Assembly: GCA_964016885.1 (NCBI GenBank)
Contig: OZ024750.1
Span: 17,608,001 to 17,672,000, forward strand
DNA: 64,000 nucleotides
Source of the DNA: Eledone cirrhosa
Taxonomy: Eukaryota
Direction of reading: 5' to 3'
Part shown: positions 1-13,733 of the stretch, piece by piece
Numbering within the stretch: the first letter of the stretch is position 1
Layout: each line of letters opens with the position of its first letter
Notes under the pieces: model-generated
Told to the model about the DNA's origin: nothing
Database searches by the model: none
The model's input: only the letters and a program-made list of their open reading frames with translations
Translations under genes and position numbers: made by a program

Positions 1-321
1 TCTTATTCAGCAAAGTATCTCTCCACTTGTCACTTGTCCTTCGTCATCTCCACCGTGAGCTTCAGCGATCTGAGGATCTGTTCTCACCACCTCCGCCCAT
101 GTTTTTCGTGGTCTACCTCTACCACGTCTTCCTTCAACTGGCACTTCTTCACCCATCGGTCATCCTCCATGTGCATCACATGTCCATACCACCTCAGTCT
201 CCTCTCTCTCGCACACTACATTCTATCCCTCTCAGACACAGTTTCTCTCTCAACACATTCATGCTGGGTCGTTCACGCACATTGACATTGCACATCCAAC
301 GGAGCATGCTTGCCTCATTTC

Positions 322-324
<3 letters not shown>
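1..324 (-). mobile_element. RTE-clade LINE 3' fragment
   Basis: The minus strand encodes RNEASMLRWMC...LREKL...RRLRWYGHV...RGRPRKTWAEVV (frameshifted), a typical RTE C-terminus. Confidence 0.8.
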
Positions 325-380
<56 letters not shown>

Positions 381-393
381 GTGTATAAGTTGA

Positions 394-485
394 GTGCCTT
401 CATTAAAACATCTCAACTAATATATACTCCCTATTATATACTATATAAGTGTCACAATTACTGACATCAAAGTGATATGTCAGCA
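394..485 (+). pseudogene. Degenerate duplicate (pseudo-exon) of the 1306 exon and its acceptor
   Basis: ctcccTATTATAtactatataAG-TGTCacaATTACTGacaTCAAAGTGATATGTCAGCA aligns to about 1257-1341. The Trp codon is TGA and there is no donor. Confidence 0.8.
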
Positions 486-954
486 ATTCATCATCATCCA
501 TTTTCCCAGCTACCAAGGGTTAGATGGGTCATCACAGACCAAGACAGTACTTAATCAGATCCACAGATCTTTCAGATGGGCCAGGCCCTCATCCTGCTTA
601 CATATGTTCCCACATTTTACAGAGTACACCATGTATTTTATCATGACACCAGTATTAGGGAGGCCATCATGTCTATGACACAACTGAAGAGTCTTTTCAT
701 CCCTTTGTTTAGCAAGTTTTTTTACAGCTGAATGCCCATCTTATCATCAACCATTTTACAGAATGCACTGGGTTTGTTTTATCATGTCACCAACACTAGA
801 GAAGTTGTTGTGCCCTTGACAATATTGAAGAGTCTTCTCAACACCTTTATGATAAGGTTTCCACAGTTGGATGCCCTTCCTATTACCAACCACCTTACAT
901 GGTGCATTGAGGGTATTTTTTGTGGCACAAGCACTAGGTATGTTGACATATCAT

Positions 955-1147
955 CAGACTTGTCAACTCTCCCTGTCTGATGGGGAAATCTCCCACCTTC
1001 TTTGGGGTGGATGAGAGATGTCTTCTCTTGTGAAAATGGGTATAGCATTCATTATGTAAAATCTCCCCATTTTGCCTCATTCTTCCTGTTTTGGGACATT
1101 TCTTTTCATGTACTCCCTATTAACATTTTTAGAGGTTGGCAGGTCTG
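955..1147. mobile_element. TIR MITE (hAT-like termini); second copy at 9463-9660
   Basis: TIR cagacttgtcaac / gttggcaggtctg, flanked by direct repeat tatcat (gctacaa in copy 2). Internal sequence is shared between the copies. Confidence 0.7.
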
Positions 1148-1305
1148 TATCATGACTTTTATGGCAAGAATTCTACTGTTAAACTTCCAACAATTAAAAC
1201 TAAACACTAGTTTATGTGTGTGTTTATATAGATATGAATCTAGATATAACTGTTGTGTACCTTCACTAAACAATTTATATATTCCCTATTATATTCTATA
1301 TACAG

Positions 1306-1357
1306 TGTCCCTATTACTGGCCTCAAAGTGATATGTCAGCAGATAATGAAGCCTATG
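1306..1357 (+). CDS. R7-family RGS gene, first exon in window (DEP/DHEX junction): CPYYWPQSDMSADNEAY(A)
   Basis: tatacag acceptor and G|gtaagt donor; 52 nt, phase 0 to 1. Resembles the R7 RGS PY(F/Y)WPS...DY motif. Confidence 0.88.
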
Positions 1358-1819
1358 GTAAGTCCTTATTCTTTAACTCAAATTCCTTTATTCTGTCATT
1401 GGTTTTACTCATTTGAACTCTGGCCATGCTAAGGCTTAACCTTCAACAAGGAGGGCATCCGGCCATAGAAATACTGCCACGAAAAGTCTCTTGCAATCCA
1501 TGCCAGCATGAAAAAATTGGACATATAAATGATTTTATTTATATATATATTTTTTTTTTTAAGAAGAAGAAGAAGAAACGGGGGCTGTGTGGTTGCTGGA
1601 TAAAGTGTATTTAGAAATAAGAGCATGAACAGGGGATATTTCCCTTCATCAGTTGTCTGTTGGAATGTGTAGAAATGTCTGAGATCTCCAGCAGACAACT
1701 GTTCGTGCTTTCCTCTTATTTCTAAATACATATATAAATATATATATATATAAACTAGTTTCCATGCCTGCATGGATTATATGCATATATATCTTTAGAT
1801 TCTCCTCTCTCTCTGTATT

Positions 1820-1860
<41 letters not shown>

Positions 1861-2894
1861 ATGAATAATAAATAATCATGTGTTATACAGTCTTTTTGCT
1901 TCTCTCTTGCCTCTCTCTTTCTCCAATACTCTCAGATTCCAGTACATTCAACTTTGTCTTGATCATATCAAGAATATAGAGTTATCAACTCTTTTTCTCT
2001 CTCTCTCTCTCTATTTGTTTGTTTTTTTTCTCTCATTTAATTATTCCAAAAGCCAATCCCTTACTTAAGATTGCAACATAAATGACAACTCCCCCACTTC
2101 TCTCTCTCTGTTTAAAAACATAAACCTTATACTTCATTCTTTCTGTCTATCAACCGAATTAAAATGAGGCTAGCTCTGAGCTGCCGCCTTTGCTTGCTAA
2201 GTGGGACATTGCTAATGAAGTGTGTGAGGGAAGTTATCCAAAGTTAACATATTCATAACATTTTTTTAGATATTTTCTCTCCATCAAAGAATGCACAATG
2301 TAATTTATGATTTAATCCCCAATAAATTACTTTGAAAGTTTATAGAGAAGGGAGCTTTTGATTGACACTGTTTATCTATACAGATTTGATTGGTTTCTTT
2401 TTTGTGTGTTCTTTTATTTTAATATTTTAAAGAGTCGTGAGATCATTCATGTGATATGGGGAAAACCCTAATATATATTCATATATATTCATGAAACAGC
2501 GCCACAAAGGCTCACTGGTGAAATTGCTATGCTTCGTTGTTTGAGGTGCCAAATTTGAGTCTCGTCTATAAATGTAGGATTTATTACATATTAAATATTA
2601 AGATCCAATCGCTGGAAGTTACACTTGTGTAAAAAAAACATGTCAGTTTTTAACTCATTTGATACCAACCTGTTTGTCAATTTCTTTGGTTCTAACATAC
2701 AAAATTTTATGTTCTAAAGTGTTTAAATTTAAATTAAAACCCTTCACCATAATTTCATGTGAAGAAATTGCTATGTTCCAGAAACCAATGGAGCCTTTGT
2801 CAGCTTCGACAATGAGTGTTCCAATTGTTTGATCATATTTGACAGTATGCTATACCATGAACCCTTAACTCTTAAGTGAGCTAAAAACTGCCAT

Positions 2895-3300
2895 AGAGAC
2901 AACAAGCACCCCAATGGAATTACCCTCTTCCCATTCGAAAGAGGTAGAACTCGTCTGGAACACCACATGTTGTCACACATTTACCACCTCTAGCTTAGTC
3001 ACTTTTGCCACAAACCCTGGTATTGTGGCTTGCAGTGCAGAGGAAAGGAAGACAAACGAATACCGAGGATTGTCAGCCACTTCTTCTTCATAGCGATTGC
3101 CATCCACACCTCAGGCGTAGTTGGACCTCATATTACCAAGCTTCTCCTCAAGATTGGAATGTCGGCAGGCTGTCTGAGGAAGGAGCCTCACGAGGTGAGG
3201 TGGCTGTTGCAGCACATGTCGCTGGCCATTGTCCACGGAAATGTTTTTGCGGTTTTGTTTGCGGGGTGCAGCCCCAACACCACCGTGCTCTAGACCTAGA
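2895..3300 (+). mobile_element. CRE-like non-LTR retrotransposon, restriction-like endonuclease fragment (decayed)
   Basis: DNKHPNGITLFPFERG/LVWNTTCCHTF...ACSAEERKTNEY/FFIAIAIHTSGVVGP...LLQHMSLAIVHGN matches the recalled RPDG..LVWDxT..AExxKxxKY..FxPxAxExxGxxG..LSxAxQRGN pattern of CRE-clade RLE domains. Confidence 0.75.
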
Positions 3301-3834
3301 TCCCATCACCCTCCTCTTTCCCCCTCCAAACCATCTGTGACACTAGAACCCTTGCCTTTCCCTTCCTTTGCCATTTTAAAACATTTGTTGTGTTTTTCTG
3401 ATTACTTCTTAGTTATTCATTCATTATTTATTATTTTATTAAAGAAATCATTAAACTCATTAAGAAGTTAAAACTATATAAATCTTTTTACAATACATTT
3501 CTTTCCTTGTCTGTATTTTTTCTTCTATGTGTGTGTGTGTATGTCTCTGTGTATGTCTCTGTGTGTCTGTATATATGTGTGTCTGTCTGTGTGTGTGTCT
3601 GTGTGTGTGACTCTCTGTATGTGATTTTTTTTGCCATTCAATAGGTCATCTGTCTGTGTGTCTGCGTCTGTCATGCAATAGTCTCTCTCTCTCTCCTTCC
3701 GCTCACTTTCTCTTTCGCTCTCCCCCCCCCCTCTCTCTCTCATTCAATAGTGTGTCTATGTCTGTGATTCAATTGTGTGTGTATATCTATCTATGTCTGT
3801 CATTCAATTGTCTGTCTCTGTCTGTCATTCAATA

Positions 3835-3866
<32 letters not shown>

Positions 3867-4514
3867 GTGTGTGTGTATGTCACTGTCTCTATATCTGTGT
3901 GTCTATCATTCAATTGAGTGTGTCTCACTGTCTCTATATCCATGTGTCATTCAACTGTGTGTGTGTGCCTCTCTGTCATTCAGTCCTCTATCTGTCACTC
4001 AATAACCCCCCCTCCTCTCTCTCTATCTGTCACTCAATAGCCTCCCCCTCCTCTCTCTCTCTCTCTCTCTGTCATTCAATAGCCCCCCCCCCCTCCTCTC
4101 TCTCTGCCTGTCATTCAGTCCTCTGTATGTCACTCAATAGCCTCCCCCCTCCTCTCTCTCTCTCTCTCTCTCTGTCATTCAATAGCCCATTTCCTCCCCT
4201 ACTCCCCCTCTCACTCTTTCATTCACTTTTTTTTCTTTTGTTCTCTTCTTTCTTTTTTATTTTGCTTCTTTAATTTCTTTATTTTTTTCTCATTTTCTCC
4301 GTTTTTTTTTTTCATTTTCTCTTTCTTTCTAACTTCCGTTTTTCCTTCCTTAATATTCTTCCATTTTCTTTATTTTCTATTTTGTTTCTTCTTTCTTTTA
4401 ATTTTCGTTTCTACTCTCTATTTCTTTACTCCACTGTTGTTGCTGAGTTCTTATCATTAGAACAACAATAATAATAATAATTCAGCTGCTCATGGCAACA
4501 GCAGACACCCCACC

Positions 4515-4820
4515 ACCAACACTACCTCTGTATAATACACCACCACAAGTTGAGGTAATATATAGGGCAGACAGACAAACACCATACCACCCCCACATGT
4601 TGAGTCAATATATGGGACACGGACACCACACCACCCCCACATGTTGAGTCAATATATGGGACAGACAAACACCACACCACCCCCACATGTTGAGTCAATA
4701 TATGGGACAAACACCATACCACCCCCACACGTTGAGGTAATGTATGGGACAGACAAACCCCATACCGCCCCCATATGTTGAGTCAATATATGGGACAGAC
4801 CCCCCCCCCCCCCCACATGT
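4515..4820. repeat. Tandem repeat, about 46-50 bp unit, about 6 copies
   Basis: Repeated cccccacatgttgagtcaatatatgggacagacaaacaccatacca. Confidence 0.9.
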
Positions 4821-4999
4821 GGTAATGAAAGGATTAAAGTGTTCATATTTAAATCTAAGCCTTCTATCATAATTTTATGTAAGAACCTTTTTAAAGTTAT
4901 GTTTCAAACACCAACTTAATCATGAGGGAAGATAGTTATATTACTAACCCTCTCGAAATTCTGATATGTGGTAATGTTGTTAAAGTAAGTAACAGATTA

Positions 5000-6177
5000 A
5001 ATTTATCATCAAAGTTGACCACAGTGGGATTTGAACTCAGAACACAAAGAGCTGGAAGAAATACCACAAGGCATCTCATCTAAAGCTCCAATAATTCCCT
5101 CAATTCACCACCCTGGACAAGTACATCATTTTGTTAACCCCAGAAGGATAAAAAGCGAAGTTGACCGACCACAGTGGGATTTGAACTCGAAGCACAGAGA
5201 CCCTGATTAAATCCTGCAAAGTATTTAGTCCTATACTCTAATGGCGTAGACAAGGGTCAATGCCTGGAGTATCTCATGACAGACATGAAGGATTTACTGA
5301 AGTCAAGGAAATCACTATTTACTTTTTGCAGAAGTCCTTGAAAACTAGAAATCATTAATGAGTGAAGGATGATGGGGGGGGGGGGGGACTATATTTGGTG
5401 TTTGGTGTAGGGAAATTCATAGTGGGGTGGTGTGTGTTTATATGTGTTATTCTATTCCATGCCAACATGGGAAATAGATGTAAAATGGCGATAATAATAA
5501 AACACACACACACGCACGTCAATACTCACTGATCAGGTCACTCACTCTCCGTTTCTCTGTTTTATAACTAAAAATATTCAATTTCTAAGAAAAGCACAAG
5601 GCCAGAAATTTCAAGGGAGGTCATTAGTGAATTATATCAACTCCAGAAGAATAAAATGCAAAGTTGACTACTGTAAGATTTGAACTCATAATGTAAAGAG
5701 CTGGGATAAAATCCTCATGGTATTTTTTAACAATTCTGCCAACCCACCAACCTTGATAATGATAATAACTGTTTCTTATTTAGGCACAAGGCCAGCAATT
5801 TGAAGGGGAAGAGAAAGTCAATTAAATCGACCCCAGTGGTACTTTATTTGATCAACCCTGTAAACATGAAACGCAAAGCTAGAATAGTAATAAATTTTCT
5901 AATATAGGCACAAGGCCAGCAATTTGAAGGGGAAGAGAAAGTCGATTAAATCGACCCCAGTGGTACTTTATTTGATCAACCCTGTAAAGATGAAACGCAA
6001 AGCTGTTTGAACTCAGAGCAAGAATAGTAATACATTTTCTAATATAGGCACAAGGCCAGCAAATTTAAGTGAAGAACCAAGTTGAATATATCGACTCCAG
6101 TACTAAACTAATACTTTCTTGTATTGACCTCCGGAGGGATGACAGGCAAAGATAACAGCAGGATTTGAACAAATACT
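5000..6177 (-). mobile_element. Cluster of decayed SINE-A fragments
   Basis: Repeated ggcacaaggccagc...tcgacccc...ggatttgaactc motifs. Confidence 0.75.
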
Positions 6178-7260
6178 AACGATTTCTAGTATAGACACAA
6201 AGCCAGTATTTTGAGGGGAGGGGAAAGTCGATTAAATCGACCCCAGTGCATTACTGGTATTTTATTTTATCGATCCTGTAAGGATGAAAGGCAAAGTTAA
6301 CCTCGGCAGGATTTGAACTCAGAACGTAAAGGGCCATAACTCTGTGCCGAAAGCCATGGTGTCTGACGCTCTACCGATACTGCCAATCCACCAATACTAA
6401 TACTGGTTTCTTATTTAGGCACAAGGCCACCAATTTGAAGGGAGGGGAATGTCAATTAAATCGACCCCAATACGTCACTGGTGCTTTATTCTATCGACCC
6501 CTTAAGGCAAAGCTAACCTCGGCAGGATTTGAACTCAGAACGTAAAGGGCCATAACTCTGTGCCGAAAGCCATGGTGTCTGACGCTCTACCGATACTGCC
6601 AATCCACCAATACTAATACTGGTTTCTTATTTAGGCACAAGGCCACCAATTTGAAGGGAGGGGAATGTCAATTAAATCGACCCCAATACGTCACTGGTGC
6701 TTTATTCTATCGACCCCTTAAGGCAAAGCTAACCTCGGCAGGATTTGAACTCAGAACGTAAAGGGCCATAACTCTGTGCCGAAAGCCATGGTGTCTGACG
6801 CTCTACCGATACTGCCAATCCACCAATACTAATACTGGTTTCTTATTTAGGCACAAGGCCACCAATTTGAAGGGAGGGGAATGTCAATTAAATCGACCCC
6901 AATACGTCACTGGTGCTTTATTCTTTCGACCCCTTAAGGCAAAGTTAACCTCGGCAGGATTTGAACTCAGAACGTAAAGGGCCATAACTCTGTGCTGAAA
7001 GCCATGGTGTCTGACGCTCTACCGATACTGCCAATCCACCAATACTAATACTGGTTTCTTATTTAGGCACAAGGCCACCAATTTGAAGGGAGGGGAATGT
7101 CAATTAAATCGACCCCAATACGTCACTGGTGCTTTATTCTATCGACCCCTTAAGGCAAAGCTAACCTCGAAGGGATTTGAACTCAGAACTCAAAGGGGCG
7201 TAACTCTATGCTGCAAAGCATGGTGTCTGATGCTCTACCGATACTGCCAATCCACCACCC
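6178..7260 (-). repeat. Tandem array of five SINE-A copies, 216-bp period
   Basis: cctcg at 6301, 6517, 6733, 6949 and 7165; units are near-identical. Confidence 0.92.
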
Positions 7261-7349
7261 TGCTAATAATAATAATAATTTCTCATATAGGTATAAGGCC
7301 TCAATTTTGGAACAAGGGTGTCGCCACTTTATTTAACAGGTACTTCAGG

Positions 7350-8854
7350 TGTATGTATCTGTATGTGTATCTGTATATGTGTATGTGTGTGTCAATGTGT
7401 GTGTAAGAAATAGTTATAGGGTTTGGATGTATTATCAGTGTGTGACTCCTGAGTGGATGTGAGTGTGCATGTGTGTGAGACTCCTGTGTATATATGTGTG
7501 TGTGTGTGTGTGTGTGTTTGTGTGTGCATGTGAGATTTCTGTGTATATATGTGTGTGTGTGTGCGTGTGTGCATGTGAGATTCCTGTGTATATATGTGTG
7601 TGTGTGTGCATGTCTGTGAGACTACTGAGTTTGTGTGCATGTGTGTGAGACTCCTGAGTGTGTGTGTGTGTGTGCATGTGTGTGAGACTCCTGAGTATGT
7701 GTGTGTGTGTGTGCATGTGTGTGAGACTCCTGAGAGTGTGTGTGTGTGTGTGTGTGTGTGTGCATGTATGTGGGACTCCTGAGTATGTATGTGTCTGTGT
7801 AACACTTGAATGTGTGTGTGTGTGCATGTATATGAAATGCCCGAGTGTGTGTGTATGTCTATGTGTCACTCTTGAATGTATGTATGCATGTATGTATATG
7901 TGGCTTCTGTTTAGATTTCCTGAAATATTACAATATTTATAGGTGTGTATAATTGGATCAGGTAATCAGGTCTAACATAATATATTGTGTATGTGTGTAT
8001 ATTTTCTGAGATTTGCCTGAATATTACCATATTTATAGGTGTCTATGCATATGTATCATTGTGTGTATGTATGCATATGCATATATATCTTTGTGTGTGT
8101 GTGTATACATATATATATCTTTGTGTGTGTATATATATATATTTGTATGTGTGTGTGCATATATATCTTTGTGTGTATATATACATGTATCATTGTGTGT
8201 GTGTTATTGTGTGTGTGTATGCATATATATCTTTGTGTGTGTATATATACATGTATCATTGTGTGTGTGTGTGTGTGTATATGCATATATATCTTTGTGT
8301 GTGTGTATGCATATATAGCTTTGTGTGTGTATGCATGTATATCTTTGTGTGTGTATATATACATGTATCATTGTGTGTGTGTGTGCATGCATATTTATCT
8401 TTGTGTGTGTGTGTGTATATATGCATATTTATCTTTGTGTCTATAAGTTTTCTGTAATATTACCATATTTATAGGTGTGGTATAATGTATGTGTGTATAT
8501 AATATCAGGATTTAAGCAGGTGTAATATAGTTTATTGATTCTAAACGGGAAGAAATTGTGTATATGGCACCATTTTCCTTTGATCTTTCATTTCCTTCTT
8601 TATAGATAACTAATATATACACACCAGAATTGTCATTAGATGTTTAGATGTATATATATGTATGTATATATATATGTATGTATGTATATACATGTATGTA
8701 TGTATATATATGTATGTATACACATGTATGTATGTATATATATGTATGTATGTATATATATGTATGTATGTGTGTATACATGTATACATGTATGTATGTA
8801 TATATATGTATGTATGTATATGCATGTGTATGTATATATGTGTATGCATATGTA

Positions 8855-8915
<61 letters not shown>

Positions 8916-8980
8916 ATGTATGCATATGTGTATGTATAAATGTGTATGCATGTGTATGTATATACATGTATATATGTATA

Positions 8981-9037
<57 letters not shown>

Positions 9038-9135
9038 ATAATGAAATTATTGTGTAAAGTGCTAATATATATATATTTGCCTCTATGCGTGTGCTATTTT
9101 ACATTGTCTACATCATTTTACATCTACTATATATG

Positions 9136-9180
<45 letters not shown>
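7350..9180. repeat. Compound (GT)/(AT)/(ATGT) microsatellite region
   Basis: Visible directly in the sequence. Confidence 0.95.
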
Positions 9181-9184
<4 letters not shown>

Positions 9185-9659
9185 AATATTTGAATATTTA
9201 TGCACAACACAGTGTCTACTAAAAAATGTAACATACATTTAGTATAACTATATAACTACAGTGTATATAACTACAGTCTTGCTGTCAAAATCTAAATAGT
9301 GTAAAACATTATTCTCTGTGTGCAAAAAAAGACCATAGGTTACTGCCTATATGCTTTACAGCTAATTGGCTATTCCTCAGAAGCTCTGTACTACTATCTT
9401 TCTGGCCATAAAGACAACTATAGTTAATAATGAGGTTATAGTAAAACATCTATTAGCTACAACAGACATGTCAACTCTCCCTGTCAGACAGGGAGATCTC
9501 CAACCCACTTTCAAGTGGGTTGGAGATAGCTTCTCTTATGAAAATCGGTATAGCTTTTTATTTTTGTAAAATCTTCTTATTTTTTCCCCATTTCTCCCTG
9601 TTTTAGTGCATTTCTTTTCATGGTACTCCCCGTTTGGGTTTTTAGAGGTTGGCAGGGCT

Positions 9660-10448
9660 GGCTACAATAGCTCCAATATAACTTATAGGCTACAATAGCT
9701 CCAATATAACTTAAAGGCTACAATAGCTCCAATATAACTTAAAGGCTACAATAGCTCCAATATAACTTAAAGGCTACAATAGCTCCAATATAACTTAAAG
9801 GCTACAATAGCTCCAATATAACTTATAGGCTACAATAGCTCCAATATAACTTATAGGCTACAATAGCTCCAATATAACTTAAAGGCTACAATAGCTCCAA
9901 TATAACTTAAAGGCTACAATAGCTCCAATATAACTTAAAGGCTACAATAGCTCCAATATAACTTAAAGGCTACAATAGCTCCAATATAACTTATAGGCTA
10001 CAATAGCTCCAATATAACTTATAGGCTACAATAGCTCCAATATAACTTAAAGGCTACAATAGCTCCAATATAACTTAAAGGCTACAATAGCTCCAATATA
10101 ACTTATAGGCTACAATAGCTCCAATATAACTTATAGGCTACAATAGCTCCAATATAACTTAAAGGCTACAATAGCTCCAATATAACTTAAAGGCTACAAT
10201 AGCTCCAATATAACTTATAGGCTACAATAGCTCCAATATAACTTAAAGGCTACAATAGCTCCAATATAACTTATAAGCTACAATATCTCCAATATAACTT
10301 ATAGGCTACAATAGCTCCAATATAACTTATAGGCTACAATAGCTCCAATATAACTTATAGGCTACAATAGCTCCAATATAACTTATAGGCTACAATAGCT
10401 CCAATATAACTTAAAGGCTACAATAGCTCCAATATAACTTATAAGCTA
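9660..10448. repeat. 28-bp minisatellite, about 28 copies
   Basis: Unit ggctacaatagctccaatataactta(t/a)a. Confidence 0.97.
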
Positions 10449-11043
10449 TAATAGGCCCTAAGTAGATTTTATAGATTAAAATACATAATACATTTAAAAT
10501 AGAAAAGAATATGAAATTTACAAACACACAGACTGTCACACTCACTCACAGACTGTCACACTCACTCACAGACTGTCACACTGACTGACTGACACACAGA
10601 CACACACTCACTCACAGACACACACTCACTCACAGACACTCACTCACAGACTCACTCACTCACAGACTCACTCACTCACTCACAGGCACACTCACAGGCA
10701 CACTCACAGGCACACAAGACTCACTCACAAACACAGACACTGACTCACAGACACACACACACACACACACTCACAGACACACTCACAGACACACTCACTC
10801 ACACACTCACAGACAGATACACGTGTTGCTGTATCAGCCTCAATATCACCATTGTCCTAATATGTTTGGTCAATATCTCAGCTTTGTCACTCCAATCCAT
10901 TAACATTTGAAATAAATGTAATAAACCACCCCCTCTACCCAACTTTGAATAAATACATAAATAATACACATTTAATGTATGGAACACTGATTGGCTACAA
11001 CAAAAATAATAGAATTTTGGCTAGTTGCCCAGCTCTGTGTGTG

Positions 11044-11095
<52 letters not shown>

Positions 11096-11319
11096 CTGAA
11101 CAAAAAGGAAAAACGAACACAGACATATATATATGTGTTCAAATCGTAATGGACCAAAATCGCTAAAGTGAAAAAAATACTAAGTACAGACAATAGGGTT
11201 TGCTAGACTCAATTCAAGAATAAATTAAGAAAAATAAATACAAACCAGTATTGTGGTAACTACCATCACCCAGACGGTCTTTGATAGAACCGTTTCACAA
11301 TATTATTTAATACACTGGG

Positions 11320-11555
11320 TGGATTGGCAGTATCAGTAGAGAGTCAGACGCCATGCTTTCCAGCACAGTTATGTCCCTTTACGATCTGAGTTCAAATCGC
11401 GCCGAGGTTAACTTTGCCTTTCATCCTTACGGGGTCGATAAAATAAAGTACCAGTAATGTACTGGGTAATTGCTGGCCTTGTGCCTAAAGTAGAAACAAT
11501 TATTTAATGCACTGGGTAATTGCTGGCCTTGTGCCTAAAGTAGAAACAATTATTT
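11320..11555 (+). mobile_element. SINE-A copy with duplicated 3' tail
   Basis: tggcagtatc A-box, gttcaaatc B-box and core gcctttcatccttacggggtcgataaa; tail repeated twice. Confidence 0.9.
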
Positions 11556-11737
11556 GTGAAGAGATATACCCTTTCTCATTTCCTCTCTCTTACTTTCTAC
11601 CTTTCTCTGGAAGAAATCTGCTGTGCTCAGGCCTGGAGAGGGATGGGCTCCCCCAGGCTGAAAATGCCCAAGAAATGCTGTACGTCAATATGGCACCACT
11701 ACGACTCTATCAGGAGTTACAGGACCATACATACATA

Positions 11738-11767
<30 letters not shown>

Positions 11768-11768
<1 letters not shown>

Positions 11769-12103
11769 CATCATCATCATCATACGTCCACTTTTCCCTG
11801 CTTGCAAGGGTGAGACGGGAACTGATTCTGGCTTGATTTCTACAGCTGGATGCCCTTCTTAACACCAACCTCATTTACAGTGAGTGCTGGGTGCTTTTTT
11901 TGCCGTGGCACCTACACGACCACTTTGCAGTGGAATGATAGGGACCCCAGTCCCTATCATCTCATTTCTACAGCTGAGTAAACTGGAGCAATGTGAAATA
12001 AAGTGTCTTGCTCAAGGAAACAACACATCACCCAGTCTGAGAACTGAACTCACAACCTTTCGATTGCAAGGCCAATGCTCTAACCACTAAGCCATGTGCC
12101 TCC
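11768..12103 (-). mobile_element. SINE-B copy
   Basis: Reverse complement of 62880-63216. Confidence 0.9.
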
Positions 12104-12614
12104 ATATATATATATATATAAACAAGAGTAGTAAATTGAGAGAGCAAAGTTGGTTGAGATATGCCAAGAAGATTTACAGCTCAATGTGTTTCCACAATCA
12201 GCAAATAGAACGAACTGGTTCATCCAAGATGCAATTCCAGGTGTTAATCCAAAATATTGTACAAGTGTAAGGTCACAGAGTATTAATAATAAGTAATAAG
12301 AAAACCTTAGTTCCAGGCAGAATTCTTTCTTAGTCTTAGGCATATTTCTACAAATGAAATAAATATAAAATTAAGGTTAGTTAATAATTCTCGTTTAAGT
12401 AAGATTCCAATATATAGAAGTAAATCCATATATTGGTTATTAGGTTTAAATTTTCCCTGTACTTATTAATTTCATTTCATATCGTTTCCTCGGAGACATT
12501 AAAAGATGCATGAATCTACATTAAATTGAGGAAATATCTAGATCTCACAATGTCATATTGATATTTGAAGAGAATTCCCATTGAACATAATGATGATAGT
12601 AATTCTGCTGCTTC

Positions 12615-12934
12615 TCTCTCTCTCTCTCTCTCTCGCTAGTAATCCATTTTATGTATACACTCAACTCTCTCTCTCTCTCTCGTTAGTAATCCATTTTATG
12701 TATACACTCAACTCTCTCTCTCGTTAGTAATCCATTTTATGTATACACTCAACTCTCTCTCTCTCTCTCGTTAGTAATCCATTTTATGTATACACTCAAC
12801 TCTCTCTCTCTCTCTCGTTAGTAATCCATTTTATGTATACACTCAACTCTCTCTCTCTCTCTCGTTAGTAATCCATTTTATGTATACACTCAACTCTCTC
12901 TCTCTCGTTAGTAATCCATTTTATGTATACACTC

Positions 12935-12969
<35 letters not shown>

Positions 12970-13044
12970 GAGTAATCCATTTTATGTATGCACTCAACTC
13001 TCTCTCTCTCTCTCTCGTTAGTAATCCATTTTATGTATACACTC

Positions 13045-13087
<43 letters not shown>

Positions 13088-13265
13088 GAGTAATCCATTT
13101 TATGTATACACTCAACTCTCTCTCTCTCGTTAGTAATCCATTTTATGTATACACTCAACTCTCTCTCTCTCTCTCTCTCTCGAGTAATCCATTTTATGTA
13201 TACACTCAACTCTCTCTCTCTCTCGTTAGTAATCCATTTTATATATATACTCAGCTCTCTCTCTA
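12615..13265. repeat. Minisatellite with variable (CT)n core
   Basis: Unit (ct)n-cgttagtaatccattttatgtatacactcaa. Confidence 0.95.
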
Positions 13266-13327
13266 ATCAGTCTATTTATGTATACACACATCTCTTTTTC
13301 TACATCAATCTATCTATGTGTACACAT

Positions 13328-13381
<54 letters not shown>

Positions 13382-13494
13382 CAATCCATTTATGAATATA
13401 TACATCTCTCTTCACTACAACAATCCATATATATATATAATAAATTGAGCTTCTATACTCTTTACCAGGATATATATTGGTAAACTCTAATGTA

Positions 13495-13538
<44 letters not shown>

Positions 13539-13733
13539 TACCCCTTACTAGCAAGCTGTCTCTCTATATATATACACCTCTCTCTCTCTCTAGCAAGCCA
13601 TCTCTCTCTATATATATATAGCCATCTCTCTCTATATATATACACCTCTCTCTCTCTCTAGCAAGCCATCTCTCTCTCTATATATATAGCCATCTCTCTC
13701 TATATATATATACCTCTCTCTCTCTCTCTTCAG

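Noticed and set aside
4484-4498. RFX X-box-like gctgctcatggcaac
   Set aside because: Only one good half-site, which is expected by chance in 64 kb.
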